A DNA stretch of 63,827 nucleotides. It comes from Eubacteriales bacterium (GTDB lineage: Bacteria > Bacillota > Clostridia > Oscillospirales > CAG-272). The notes under the pieces are model-generated. The model worked only from the letters and a program-made list of their open reading frames with translations, ran no database searches and was not told where the DNA came from. Position numbers and translations under genes: made by a program. The stretch spans positions 1-63,827 of the forward strand of contig JAZRIJ010000029.1 of NCBI GenBank assembly GCA_045645205.1. Reading direction: 5' to 3'. This document shows, one piece after another, positions 52,834 to 61,472 of this stretch. Each line of letters begins with the position of its first letter. The stretch's first letter is position 1.

Positions 52834-54651
52834 TTATTCCTGTAGGTCGCGCTTAATGAGATTTTCAATATGCATCTTGAGTGAAGCATAAGCGGCAGGA
52901 TGATACTTCATTTTCATAACCTTGGAAATCTTATAGCACATAGAAGTGTATGACATACTTCCGTATATACGTATCTTTTTAATGTACTTTACATTACTTA
53001 ACATTCTTATTGCGTGCTGAGCAACTTTAACAATGGTTGTAAGTAAAATTATGCTCGCAAACATAATAGAAACAAGCGAAGAAATATTTTCAAACGAAAA
53101 AGTAATTGATTTAATGCTTATAAAGGCAACACAAAGAAGCAAAATGGATTCAGCAAAATCCTTGCTTTGCAGTATTCTTTGAAGAAAACTAATAATTCCA
53201 CCAAAAAAACTATGAAGCCTGTTTTTATAATATTTTATGACGATGGCCGCAAAATTTTTGTTTTCAAAAGCCTCGCTGGCCTTTCTGTATCGGTTTTTGA
53301 TTTCTTCAAGCGATTCATCAATCTCATTCTCAAAAAGAACATTGAAATGACATCGCCTGTTTGAAGGACTGCCCTGTGATAATTGAGGAAGATTGCCCGA
53401 TATTATCATTCCATGGCAAGACCACGATTCCTTTGTGGAAATCATATTAAGTTCACCATAAGCCTCGCGTGCAATTTCACCCAACAAATCGCTTCGCTTT
53501 TGATTAATATAGACGGTCGGTAGGTCTTCATAAACCGAGTTGTTATAGAATTGAACGTCCTCGTCATAAACCTCGGCATTTCCGTTGACACTTGGATAAA
53601 GAGCACCGCCGTCTATATTTTTAGCAGCGCGTAAGCCGAAAAGAATTTCTTTTTTGGAAGTTTTGATATTGCTGGAAACCCCAATTTGATTTACGTTGTA
53701 ACTGCACTTAATATATTCGTTGATATGGGTAAGGATTTGCTCGTCATCAACATCTTTTACAGAAAGTTCCTCAAACAAACGCATTTTGCAGCAGTCGTCA
53801 TAACTGAAAAATTTTTCAAGATTTTGGCGGCTCTCTTTAAGCAATGGATGACTTATATAATTATCGTCAAATGCGCAAACCGTTGCAAAAGTACTGCGCT
53901 CATATGTAAGCTGATAGTTGGATATTCCGTTGTTTTCAAAATTGTATTTCTGCTTATTAATTTCGAGTGGCTTTAACAAAACACCCGAATAAAACACCCT
54001 TCCAACCAGCAGTTTTATATTTGATTTATTCGCATAAATATCCGAAAAACCGATGCCCCGATCACTTATTTGCCAAACACCGTTCTTATTGACAAATTGG
54101 TATTCCTTTAACCGTTCAATCAAATCAAGGCATGGGCATCCGTGCAGAAGGAGGGTGCCTGCTGCACGATTATGGGAAATTACCGCAGAAAAATCGCTGT
54201 CAATGTCGGATAGGAAGTTTAGTTCAGCGCAATCCTTGAACTCCACTCCATATTTTGAAGCAAGAGTGAGCAAAATCAGTTTTGCAACGTCCAATAAGCA
54301 TTCTGCCTGGTCCTCGTGGAGCATAAATTCGGAACAGTGTTCGGAAATAAACGAATTAAGGCCTTTGGTGGATTTGAAGGAAAGAGCAGATATGGCGTCT
54401 ATTATAGAAAAACTGTCGATTCTCGGGGAAACACCGTAATAAAAATCAGAAAAATCCTCTTTGTAGCCAAAGGTTAAATCCTCGTTAAGAACAGCGTATC
54501 GCGAAAAAAATTGCTCGGGCTTATGGTTCAGTGTGAAGGATATTTTCTTATGTGAAAGAATAATCGCTTTGCAAAAATTAAGTGCCTGCTTTGAAACGTC
54601 TTCCTGCATGGTGTCGTTAAATTTTGAAATTGAAAAATCGTTAAGTTTCAT
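52834..54651 (-). CDS. Hypothetical cargo protein with a Nudix-like region and two C-terminal TM helices
   Basis: GVSSNIKT...FGLR...SVNGNAE...REAYGEL resembles a divergent Nudix fold; two hydrophobic helices follow. Confidence 0.65.
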   Translation of the reverse strand: MKLNDFSISKFNDTMQEDVSKQALNFCKAIILSHKKISFTLNHKPEQFFSRYAVLNEDLTFGYKEDFSDFYYGVSPRIDSFSIIDAISALSFKSTKGLNSFISEHCSEFMLHEDQAECLLDVAKLILLTLASKYGVEFKDCAELNFLSDIDSDFSAVISHNRAAGTLLLHGCPCLDLIERLKEYQFVNKNGVWQISDRGIGFSDIYANKSNIKLLVGRVFYSGVLLKPLEINKQKYNFENNGISNYQLTYERSTFATVCAFDDNYISHPLLKESRQNLEKFFSYDDCCKMRLFEELSVKDVDDEQILTHINEYIKCSYNVNQIGVSSNIKTSKKEILFGLRAAKNIDGGALYPSVNGNAEVYDEDVQFYNNSVYEDLPTVYINQKRSDLLGEIAREAYGELNMISTKESWSCHGMIISGNLPQLSQGSPSNRRCHFNVLFENEIDESLEEIKNRYRKASEAFENKNFAAIVIKYYKNRLHSFFGGIISFLQRILQSKDFAESILLLCVAFISIKSITFSFENISSLVSIMFASIILLTTIVKVAQHAIRMLSNVKYIKKIRIYGSMSYTSMCYKISKVMKMKYHPAAYASLKMHIENLIKRDLQE

Positions 54652-54721
54652 TTTTTGTACCTCGTTACAACAAGTATTGTTTTCATTATATCAAACTGTT
54701 ATCAAAAAGTAAATTCCCGCA

Positions 54722-54750
54722 GTATAAATCTCCTCAAAATACAGATAATA
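54722..54750 (+). promoter_or_regulatory. Forespore sigma-G/F-type promoter of spoVT (identical copy at 52493-52521)
   Basis: GTATA-N17-GATAATA versus the sigma-G consensus GHATA-N17/18-CATAHTA. Confidence 0.6.
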
Positions 54751-54785
54751 ACAACACAATTTGTAATTTAAGGAGAAATGTATAT

Positions 54786-55337
54786 ATGAAAGCAACAGGA
54801 ATAGTTAGAAGAATTGACGACCTCGGTCGTGTGGTAATTCCGAAAGAGATAAGAAGAACAATGAGAATTCGTGAGGGCGATCCGTTAGAGATTTATACAG
54901 ACAGAGAGGGCGAGGTTATCTTCAAGAAATATTCGCCTATTGGGGAGTTGACAAATTTTTCTGCACAGTATGCAGAAACATTGCATAAGGTTTGTGAGCT
55001 GTCTGTTGTAATAACCGACAGAGATACTGTTATTGCTGTATCTGGTCTGCCCAAAAAAGAATATATGGACAAGAGAATATCTTCCGAACTTGAAAATATT
55101 ATTGAAAATCGTTCAATATATATTTACACCCCCGGAGAGCAAAAAATACTTGCCACAAACGATGGCAGAGACAGCCACTTTGTAAGCTGCGCTATGCCTA
55201 TCATAACTGAGGGCGACATTATAGGTTGTGTTGTATCCATGTTACCCATGGAAGCTGACAAAAATGAAAAAAGCGAGGTAGAAACCAAGCTTGTTCAAAC
55301 TGCCGCAAACTTTTTGAGCAAACAGTTGGAAAATTAA
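54786..55337 (+). CDS. spoVT: Stage V sporulation protein T (AbrB domain plus GAF domain)
   Basis: MKATGIVRRIDDLGRVVIPKEIRRTMRIREGDPLEI, KKYSPIGEL. Confidence 0.96.
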   Translation: MKATGIVRRIDDLGRVVIPKEIRRTMRIREGDPLEIYTDREGEVIFKKYSPIGELTNFSAQYAETLHKVCELSVVITDRDTVIAVSGLPKKEYMDKRISSELENIIENRSIYIYTPGEQKILATNDGRDSHFVSCAMPIITEGDIIGCVVSMLPMEADKNEKSEVETKLVQTAANFLSKQLEN

Positions 55338-55382
55338 AAAATGGCTGTGTATAGGTTTTTTGTAACCCTTACACAGCTATTT

Positions 55383-56834
55383 TTATTTTCTTTTCCAAAA
55401 TACAGGGGTAAATACAAGCAAAATCGGATATATTTCCAATCTTCCGAGGAGCATTGCTATCGACAATACTATCTTGGAGAAGCTCGAATACGCCGCAAAA
55501 TTTGCAGTGGGACCTACATTTGCGAGTCCGGGACCAACATTGTTGAAACAGGCGGCTGCTGCCGTAAAATTTGTTTCAAAGTCAAATGCTTCGCCGGATT
55601 CCAAGGAAAGCAATAGTACAATTACAAAAAACAGAATAAAGAATACTGTAAAATAGACACTGACTCCGTTTATTGTTTGGTTGTCAATAGCTTTTCCTTC
55701 AAATTTTACACTTCCGACAGAGCGGGGATGGAGCATACGTTTTATATCTCTAAAAATGGTTTTCACGGCAATAATAATTCTTGATACTTTAATACCGCCG
55801 CTGGTAGAACCTGCGCATCCGCCGATAAACATAAGCAAAACAAGTATCATTTTTGAAAGAGTGGGCCACAGGTTAAAGTCAGTTGTTGCGTAACCCGTTG
55901 TAGTTATTATTGATGATACCTGAAAAAATGCACTTCTGACTGTTTCGGAAACACTGTCATACATATGGTGGATATTTGTTGATATAAGAACTGTTGCTGT
56001 TGCAATAATACCTATATATACCCAAAGCTCTGTACTTTTCAAGGCTGCGCGAAATCTTTTAATAAGTATAAGATAATACAGATTGAAGTTTATTCCGAAA
56101 ATTATCATAAATATTGCGATGACCCATTGCAAATATGCATTGTATCCTGCAATGCTGTCATTTTTTATACCAAATCCACCTGTCCCGGCAGTACCAAAAG
56201 CATGTAAAATACTGTCAAAAAGGGGCATACCGCCCAAGAGAAGCAATACTATTTCAACGAAAGTAATTACTATGTAAATGATGTATAGAAGTTTTGCGGT
56301 ATCACGTATCTTCGGTACAAGCTTTCCGACAATAGGTCCGGGCATTTCTGCTCTCATAATGTGAATAGATCTTCCCGACTCTTGAGGGAAAATTGCCATA
56401 ACAAATACCAGAACACCCATACCGCCGACCCAGTGTGTAAAACTTCGCCAAAAGAGCAATCCGCGGCTCATTTGTTCAATCTCATTTAAAATAGATGCAC
56501 CTGTTGTTGTAAAACCGCTTACGGTCTCAAAGAAAGCATCTATATATGAGGGTGTTTCTCTGCTTATGTAAAAGGGAAGAGCGCCTACAAGGGACAGGCA
56601 TATCCATGCCAATGCAACTATGGCAAAACCCTCTTTTGCAAAAATCATTTTGTCATTTTTGCCAAAAAGATTCGTAAGTATTATGCCGGCAGCCAGTGCA
56701 ATCAAAGCTGAAATAGCAAAAGATATTGCACATTTTTCGCGGTAGATAATGCTTGTTATCAGAGGAAGTACAAACAGTAAGGCTTCGATCTGAAGAATGC
56801 GTCCTACCATATATGAAACAATTTTGTGATTCAT
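55383..56834 (-). CDS. trkH: Trk potassium uptake membrane protein
   Basis: SGFTTTG, GTGGF, TTTGY, NNVGPG pore loops. Confidence 0.93.
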   Translation of the reverse strand: MNHKIVSYMVGRILQIEALLFVLPLITSIIYREKCAISFAISALIALAAGIILTNLFGKNDKMIFAKEGFAIVALAWICLSLVGALPFYISRETPSYIDAFFETVSGFTTTGASILNEIEQMSRGLLFWRSFTHWVGGMGVLVFVMAIFPQESGRSIHIMRAEMPGPIVGKLVPKIRDTAKLLYIIYIVITFVEIVLLLLGGMPLFDSILHAFGTAGTGGFGIKNDSIAGYNAYLQWVIAIFMIIFGINFNLYYLILIKRFRAALKSTELWVYIGIIATATVLISTNIHHMYDSVSETVRSAFFQVSSIITTTGYATTDFNLWPTLSKMILVLLMFIGGCAGSTSGGIKVSRIIIAVKTIFRDIKRMLHPRSVGSVKFEGKAIDNQTINGVSVYFTVFFILFFVIVLLLSLESGEAFDFETNFTAAAACFNNVGPGLANVGPTANFAAYSSFSKIVLSIAMLLGRLEIYPILLVFTPVFWKRK

Positions 56835-56849
56835 AAAAATTTACCCGAT

Positions 56850-58211
56850 TTATTTTTCAAGAATATCCGACAGGTCTTGCAGTCTGTGGTTTGCCGCAAT
56901 TACAACGACCTTGTCGCCGTTAAGGATCATATCATCACCGGCTGGAATTATTGTTTTTCTGTCTCGGATAATTCCACCGATAAGTATATTTTTACGTATT
57001 TTCATATCCTTAAGAGGAGTACCGATAACTTTTGAATCGTCTCTTACATTGAATTCCAAGGCTTCGGCTTTGTCATCCATAAGCTTGTACAGTAACTCAA
57101 CGCTGCTACCCATTGAATTTTGCAAAGCCCGAGCATAACTGATTATAAGATCGGAAACGATTTTTTTGGGAGAAACTATTGAGTCAAGACCCAGTTTTTC
57201 TGCCATGCCTGCAAGCTCATCGCGGTTAACTTTTGCTATAACCTTTGGAACATTTTGGGATAATGCAAAGATTGAAATGAGCATATTTTCTTCGTCCATA
57301 CCTGTTAGAGATACGAGCGCATCTGTATTTAAAAGGCCTTCTTCAACGAGTAACTCTTGTTGTGCACCGTCGCCGTGTATTACAGTAGTTTTAGGGAGTA
57401 GTTCGCATAGCATTTCGCATGTTTTTTCATCTTGTTCAATAATTTTCACCGATGTTCCAATATTAGTAAGCATTTCGGCGAGGTAGTAGGATACTCGTCC
57501 GCCGCCCAAGAGTATAACGTCTTTAGCTTGCTTTTGCATTTGCCCTGAGCCTTTAAAAAGTTTTTGCAATTCTGTGTGAGAGGCTGTTATGCCGATTTTA
57601 TCACCGCTGTTGAGGACAAAGTTACCATTTGGGATAAAAACATCTTCACCGCGTTGAATACAGCATACAAGAACTTTTGCATTAAATTTTGAGCGTATGT
57701 CGCTGAGTTTGACTCCGTCAAGAAAAGAATCTTCTTTGAGACGAATCTCAATTATTTCAAGATAACGGCGAGAAAAGGTTTCAATCTTGACTGCTGATGG
57801 AAATTTAAGTATATTAAAAAGTTCATGAGCGGCAAGTCTTTCGGGGTTAATAGCCATAGAAAGCTCGAGCTGCTGCCTCATGAAGCTTAGGCTTTTGTCG
57901 TTGTATTCGGGATTTCTAATACGCGCGATTGTGTATTTTGCACCCATTTTACGTGCGAGGAAACAGCTTAACATATTTAATTCGTCCGAGCCTGCAACGG
58001 CAACAAAAAGGTCTGTTTCCGATACGCCTGCTTCTTCAAGTATGTCGCTGTCAACACCGTTTCCGCATATGCCCATTACATCATATATGTTTGTAAGCTC
58101 GGAAATTACCGAAGTATTGTTATCAATGGCAACAATATCATGTCCTTCGGAAACAAGACTGGATATCAAAGTTGTTCCAATTTTGCCACAACCTGCAATA
58201 ATTATCTTCAT
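56850..58211 (-). CDS. trkA: Trk potassium uptake regulatory subunit
   Basis: Two RCK/Rossmann repeats (GCGKIG, GGGRV). Confidence 0.93.
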   Translation of the reverse strand: MKIIIAGCGKIGTTLISSLVSEGHDIVAIDNNTSVISELTNIYDVMGICGNGVDSDILEEAGVSETDLFVAVAGSDELNMLSCFLARKMGAKYTIARIRNPEYNDKSLSFMRQQLELSMAINPERLAAHELFNILKFPSAVKIETFSRRYLEIIEIRLKEDSFLDGVKLSDIRSKFNAKVLVCCIQRGEDVFIPNGNFVLNSGDKIGITASHTELQKLFKGSGQMQKQAKDVILLGGGRVSYYLAEMLTNIGTSVKIIEQDEKTCEMLCELLPKTTVIHGDGAQQELLVEEGLLNTDALVSLTGMDEENMLISIFALSQNVPKVIAKVNRDELAGMAEKLGLDSIVSPKKIVSDLIISYARALQNSMGSSVELLYKLMDDKAEALEFNVRDDSKVIGTPLKDMKIRKNILIGGIIRDRKTIIPAGDDMILNGDKVVVIAANHRLQDLSDILEK

Positions 58212-58419
58212 ATAAAATTCCTTTACAATTTGTTATTAAATAAAACGGTATAATAGTATTGACATAATGTATATATTAATATTGTAACATTTATTTTTAA
58301 AATTTGCAATAGAGTTAAGATTAAATATTAGCGTATATTATAAAACTTAAAGGTTTTTTGAGATCTTTGGGGTTATAAATTCAATTAATCTAAATTAATA
58401 ACTTTTTTATTATTTGCTA

Positions 58420-58448
58420 TTGCAAAAAAAATAATATTGTGATATAAT
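58420..58448 (+). promoter_or_regulatory. sigma-A promoter upstream of the tRNA-Ser half array
   Basis: TTGCAA-N17-TATAAT with an extended TG. Confidence 0.75.
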
Positions 58449-58467
58449 CCATTTGCTATAAAAATTT

Positions 58468-58509
58468 GGAGAGGTATCGAAGTGGTCATAACGGGGCTGA
58501 CTCGAAATC
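58468..58509 (+). repeat. Orphan tRNA-Ser 5' half, copy 1
   Basis: 41 of 42 nt identical to the 5' end of the intact tRNA (G instead of C at position 6); ends just past the anticodon loop. Confidence 0.92.
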
Positions 58510-58659
58510 TTCTTCGCCAAACGGAAGCCGAAACGCTGAAAACCCTTTAACCATGCGGGTTTCGGGCATTTCCTTGTTTCTGAAACACTATGAGTTCTAA
58601 CGAGAATTCTAATACAACTAAATATTGCGTTAATACTCCTTTGGGAGTTTAACATACAC

Positions 58660-58699
58660 GGAGACGTATCGAAGTGGTCATAACGGGGCTGACTCGAAA
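58660..58699 (+). repeat. Orphan tRNA-Ser 5' half, copy 2
   Basis: 40 of 40 nt identical to the intact tRNA through the anticodon loop (CTCGAAA). Confidence 0.92.
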
Positions 58700-58843
58700 C
58701 ATAGTCGGGTCTGTCACGCATTACTCTTTGAAACTCCGCTGTTCATCGGCGTTTACGCTGTGTGCATTTGCACTTTTGAAAACTCGCATCTCGCAGTTTT
58801 CTCGCAATTTGGTATCAAGGCGCAAGCCTATACAATTTTATAT

Positions 58844-58932
58844 GGAGACGTATCGAAGTGGTCATAACGGGGCTGACTCGAAATCAGTTAGGGAGCAATC
58901 CCCCGCGAGTTCGAATCTCGCCGTCTCCGCCA
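58844..58932 (+). tRNA. tRNA-Ser(CGA)
   Basis: 89 nt; GGAGACG/CGTCTCC acceptor stem, CT-CGA-AA loop, long variable arm, G discriminator, CCA. Confidence 0.95.
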
Positions 58933-58962
58933 AAGGCGGTACAAGTTATCTTGTACCGCCTT
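58933..58962 (+). terminator. Perfect 13-bp hairpin after tRNA-Ser
   Basis: AAGGCGGTACAAG-TTAT-CTTGTACCGCCTT. Confidence 0.7.
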
Positions 58963-59111
58963 AATCTTTGGTTATTCTCTGCGCTCTGTTGGTACTGATC
59001 CCTGGTACTTATGTTGAATTGGCGTCCCTCATTTTCGCATTTATGCAGACTATATTAGAGGTGAACAGTCAAATGAATACTGAGTTTCTGACGGTGGGAA
59101 AAGGCGTATCT

Positions 59112-59212
59112 GGAGTGACCCAACGAAAGCAGTTAGTATCATATCAGAGAACACCACAGAGCAAAGATGTAGCACTTACGCCGAGAAGGTTCGATACCTT
59201 CACACTCCACCA
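59112..59212 (+). ncRNA. Candidate tRNA-like RNA (acceptor stem, T-arm, CCA; non-canonical middle)
   Basis: GAAGG-TTCGATA-CCTTC-ACACTCC-A-CCA; GGAGTG at 59112 pairs with CACTCC; hairpin follows. Confidence 0.4.
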
Positions 59213-59213
59213 T

Positions 59214-59247
59214 AACTCCTTGAAGGTTTTATCCTTCAAGGAGTTTT
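59214..59247. terminator. Hairpin between the tRNA-like RNA and the integrase stop
   Basis: AACTCCTTGAAGG/CCTTCAAGGAGTT 13-bp stem. Confidence 0.7.
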
Positions 59248-59252
59248 CTCTT

Positions 59253-60440
59253 TTATCCCAAGGCACTTCCTATCGCCATTGCACTTGCTTTCTTACTCTC
59301 GCTATCAATGTGGCTGTAAATATTTGCCGTTGTTCCCATATCACTATGACCAAGCCAGTCCTGAATCATTTTCATCGGCACACCGTTTGCGAGAAGTAGC
59401 GATGCACAACTGTGTCGCAGATCGTGAAAGCGGACAGGTTTTAATCCTTTTTCTTTCAACACGACTTTGAAATGATCGGTCACGTAGTTGGGTTTTATAA
59501 TCTCACCGATTGCATCAACGCAGATGTAGTCGGTGTATTTTTTGCAGTAACCTCGGCGCATCACTCGCATCATTTCATCTTGCTTTTGTTTTTCAGCAAG
59601 GAGAACTTCTTCCACCTGAGGTATCAGAGGCAGTGTGCGGTAGGAGGATTTTGTTTTCATAACGTCCATTCCCACAACACCTTTTTCGTTTTGCACTATT
59701 TTGTGATTAACACTGACTGTCTTGTTTTCAAAGTCCACCGCCGACCATTTAAGACCAAGCACTTCACTTCTCCTGAGTCCGTAATAAGCTGCAAGGAATA
59801 TGACGATGTGGATGGGATCGTTCACCGTTTTATCGAGAAGTTCTTTCAACTCGGTGGCGTTATAATATTTACCGATGTACTGTTGCGCCTTCGGTCTGTC
59901 GGCTTGCTCAACGGGATTGCTCGGTATGATTCTACGCTTGACCGCCGACTTGAAAGCCAGATGCAATAGCGCGTGATGGCGTTGAGCAGTCGTGCCTTTG
60001 AGTCCGTCATTACGGATACGGATATAGTAATCGTTAATTTCATCACCAGTTATATCCTTCACCTTAAGGTCACCGCACTCACGGAAGAACGGAATCATTC
60101 TCGACTCAATCATCAGCTTGTAGCCTTCGTAGGTGGTTTCCGATACGTTTACCTTGTGTGACTCCAACCACTCGGGAAGGTAGTCAGCCACCTGCATATG
60201 CGCCACACGACTGCGCTCGCGATCAGCGTGGGACATATTCTCACGCTTGTATAAGTCGTCGGTGTTATAGTGATCAAGGAGTTGGCGGAGGCGGTGTTCC
60301 GCCTCACGCTTGTTACCTTTGTTTGCATCAAGATTCAAACCTTGCCATTTCTCTTTTCGCTTGCCGTCGGTATCATACAGATTGATGACCGCATACCACT
60401 TTTTGTTTTTCTCGGTCAGGTGTCCTGTGATTCGTTTCAT
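59253..60440 (-). CDS. int: Tyrosine recombinase/integrase
   Basis: R (GLRRSE), K (KTKSS), HDLRH, LGH and catalytic Y (NIYSH); N-terminal arm-binding-like region; start set at the ATG at 60440 after AAGGAG. Confidence 0.93.
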   Translation of the reverse strand: MKRITGHLTEKNKKWYAVINLYDTDGKRKEKWQGLNLDANKGNKREAEHRLRQLLDHYNTDDLYKRENMSHADRERSRVAHMQVADYLPEWLESHKVNVSETTYEGYKLMIESRMIPFFRECGDLKVKDITGDEINDYYIRIRNDGLKGTTAQRHHALLHLAFKSAVKRRIIPSNPVEQADRPKAQQYIGKYYNATELKELLDKTVNDPIHIVIFLAAYYGLRRSEVLGLKWSAVDFENKTVSVNHKIVQNEKGVVGMDVMKTKSSYRTLPLIPQVEEVLLAEKQKQDEMMRVMRRGYCKKYTDYICVDAIGEIIKPNYVTDHFKVVLKEKGLKPVRFHDLRHSCASLLLANGVPMKMIQDWLGHSDMGTTANIYSHIDSESKKASAMAIGSALG

Positions 60441-60444
60441 TTGC

Positions 60445-60759
60445 TCACGCTCCTTTCTTTTGAAGTTGTCCTTTGTCATCTCGGGCAACACCAACACTAT
60501 CACAACCATCTTCATAAGTCCAGAGATTATTCGGGACTGTCGGGGACGGAGTCTGATAGTTTCCTGCATTGGTCAGAAACTCAACCAAACAAACCTTCGG
60601 TACAATAATTTTCTTGCCCTGCTTGATGCTGCCAATCCTACCTTCTTTGATAAGACCATAGACGGTATTCTTCCCGAACTGCAACAGCCTTACCACATCC
60701 GGCACGGTCAACACATCGGGTTCATTCTTAAACATTTTGAAATAATATCTGTAACTCAT
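60445..60759 (-). CDS. Excisionase-like HTH protein
   Basis: PDVLTVPDVVRLLQFGKNTVYGLIKEGRI; directly upstream of int. Confidence 0.82.
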   Translation of the reverse strand: MSYRYYFKMFKNEPDVLTVPDVVRLLQFGKNTVYGLIKEGRIGSIKQGKKIIVPKVCLVEFLTNAGNYQTPSPTVPNNLWTYEDGCDSVGVARDDKGQLQKKGA

Positions 60760-61157
60760 GAAGGTTCTCCTTTCATTTTTTCGATATTTCGAGTATTAAA
60801 TGGGTGGTGGAATAATTTCCAAAGGTAGCACATTTGCGGCGCTAATCGCAAAAAGGTAGCACACCTGTAATTTAACTTGTGAATAGCCCACAAAGCCCCT
60901 AACGGTCGGCATTGCCGTCCGATGTGAGTCGGAAAGGTGGCGTTTTGCGGCACCTTTCCTTTCTCCTGCTTTCTTTTCATCCAAGTGTGTTACCACTACG
61001 GCAGAAAAGAAGGAAATAAGGCAGAGATTGCATTTCCACCAGCTTATTGCGCTTTATATTAGCTGCTTATATATTTTTTATTCTGTTGTAAGATTACTGG
61101 GTTTTGTTCTATGGGTCTTGTTATTGATAAGAAGTTTCGAACCTACCCAACTGAGAT

Positions 61158-61472
61158 TTATTCGCTATTGATTTTTGTTAGATCGACTACATGATAGAGG
61201 TTGGATGTTTTACTGCCATCGAACCGAGTTCGTGTTATCTTTCTAATCAATCCGATATCAATTAAATTGTTGAGAGCTATGTCTACCGTCTTTTTGTCAA
61301 TCTGACATTCTTCCGAAATCAATCGCCTTGACGGAAAGCAAGTATGGTTTGCAATATCAGCGTGTCGTAGCAGGCAACAGTACACTGTAAAATCTCGCGG
61401 CTTGAGTTGGAGTTCAAAAATTCTGTTTGCCACTACAAAGAAATCTCTCCTTGATGGTTGGGTATTTATCAT
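61158..61472 (-). CDS. Winged-helix (HTH_36-like) protein of replication-initiator type
   Basis: VYCCLLRHAD, CFPSRRLI, SNLY; ATG at 61472 after AAGGAG. Confidence 0.75.
   Translation of the reverse strand: MINTQPSRRDFFVVANRIFELQLKPRDFTVYCCLLRHADIANHTCFPSRRLISEECQIDKKTVDIALNNLIDIGLIRKITRTRFDGSKTSNLYHVVDLTKINSE

Larger units (their letters stand above)
52683..54817. mobile_element. Putative spoVT-associated cassette 2 (about 2.1 kb, no recombinase)
   Basis: Flanked by directly repeated spoVT 5' ends; palindrome and TTTTGAC repeats at the left end; one cargo gene. Confidence 0.75.

Noticed and set aside
51679-54817. Classical integron with attC sites
   Set aside because: No IntI and no attC R/L box structure seen; the cassettes carry their own promoters and a host-gene fragment
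58468-58883. CRISPR array
   Set aside because: The repeats are tRNA-derived, the spacers are 144-150 bp (far too long), and there are no cas genes in the window
58410-58964. ORFs 58410..58721 (-) and 58674..58964 (+)
   Set aside because: Shadow frames across tRNA sequence, with no RBS or recognisable motifs
60441-60569. N-terminal extension of the integrase in the ORF track
   Set aside because: It overlaps xis, and the ATG at 60440 has a good RBS
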